Source: Atractiella rhizophila (taxonomy: Eukaryota). From it: DNA of 48,854 bases. Made by a program: the position numbers and the translations under genes. The stretch is taken from assembly GCA_021432655.1 (NCBI GenBank), contig MU271218.1, positions 39,277 through 88,130 on the forward strand. The letters run 5' to 3'. Positions 48,709-48,854 of this stretch are shown piece after piece (the first letter of the stretch is position 1; every line of letters starts with the position of its first letter). A model generated the notes under the pieces. It worked only from the letters and a program-made list of their open reading frames with translations, made no database searches and was not told the DNA's origin.

Positions 48709-48854
48709 TGTTGGAGATGGAAATGTGAATCGGGAAGCAGACACGACAGACTGGAACACACCACACTAACTTATGCATGTTTTGTTTATTGCGGATTTAT
48801 CTTTGCATTTCACTCCTCCGCTCTGCAGCACTATTAAAGCTTTTCTTCCTTTCT
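48709..48854. mobile_element. Start of a probable LTR insertion truncated by the window end
   Basis: Homology to 27300-27390 stops abruptly after GGAGACGGTGTA. The new sequence begins TGTTGGAGAT, identical to the first 10 nt of the 22130 element, and is AT-richer than the flank. Confidence 0.6.

Overview
Eukaryotic, fungal-type DNA with short 50-63 nt spliceosomal introns; a basidiomycete origin is an inference only. The window is a head-to-tail array of five paralogous minus-strand genes of about 570-600 aa, spaced 7.5-13.4 kb apart. Each has an unassigned N-terminal domain of about 200 aa, an F-box-like motif and about 10 irregular leucine-rich (RNI-like) repeats. Four copies are intact and the fifth has one CGA>TGA nonsense change. 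All five have a short first exon, missed by the ORF track, behind a conserved GC-AG intron. Paralog differences concentrate at the exposed x positions of the LxxLxLxx strands, and the copies are recombination mosaics, which suggests a diversifying recognition or immune-like ubiquitin-ligase adaptor array. The spacers are shuffled repeated modules that look like decayed co-duplicated genes. Comparison with empty sites in sister units defines five insertions: a 1,020-bp non-autonomous hAT element with cargo, two solo LTRs, a third LTR at the window edge, and a 3,561-bp internally deleted Helitron carrying a tRNA-like segment.
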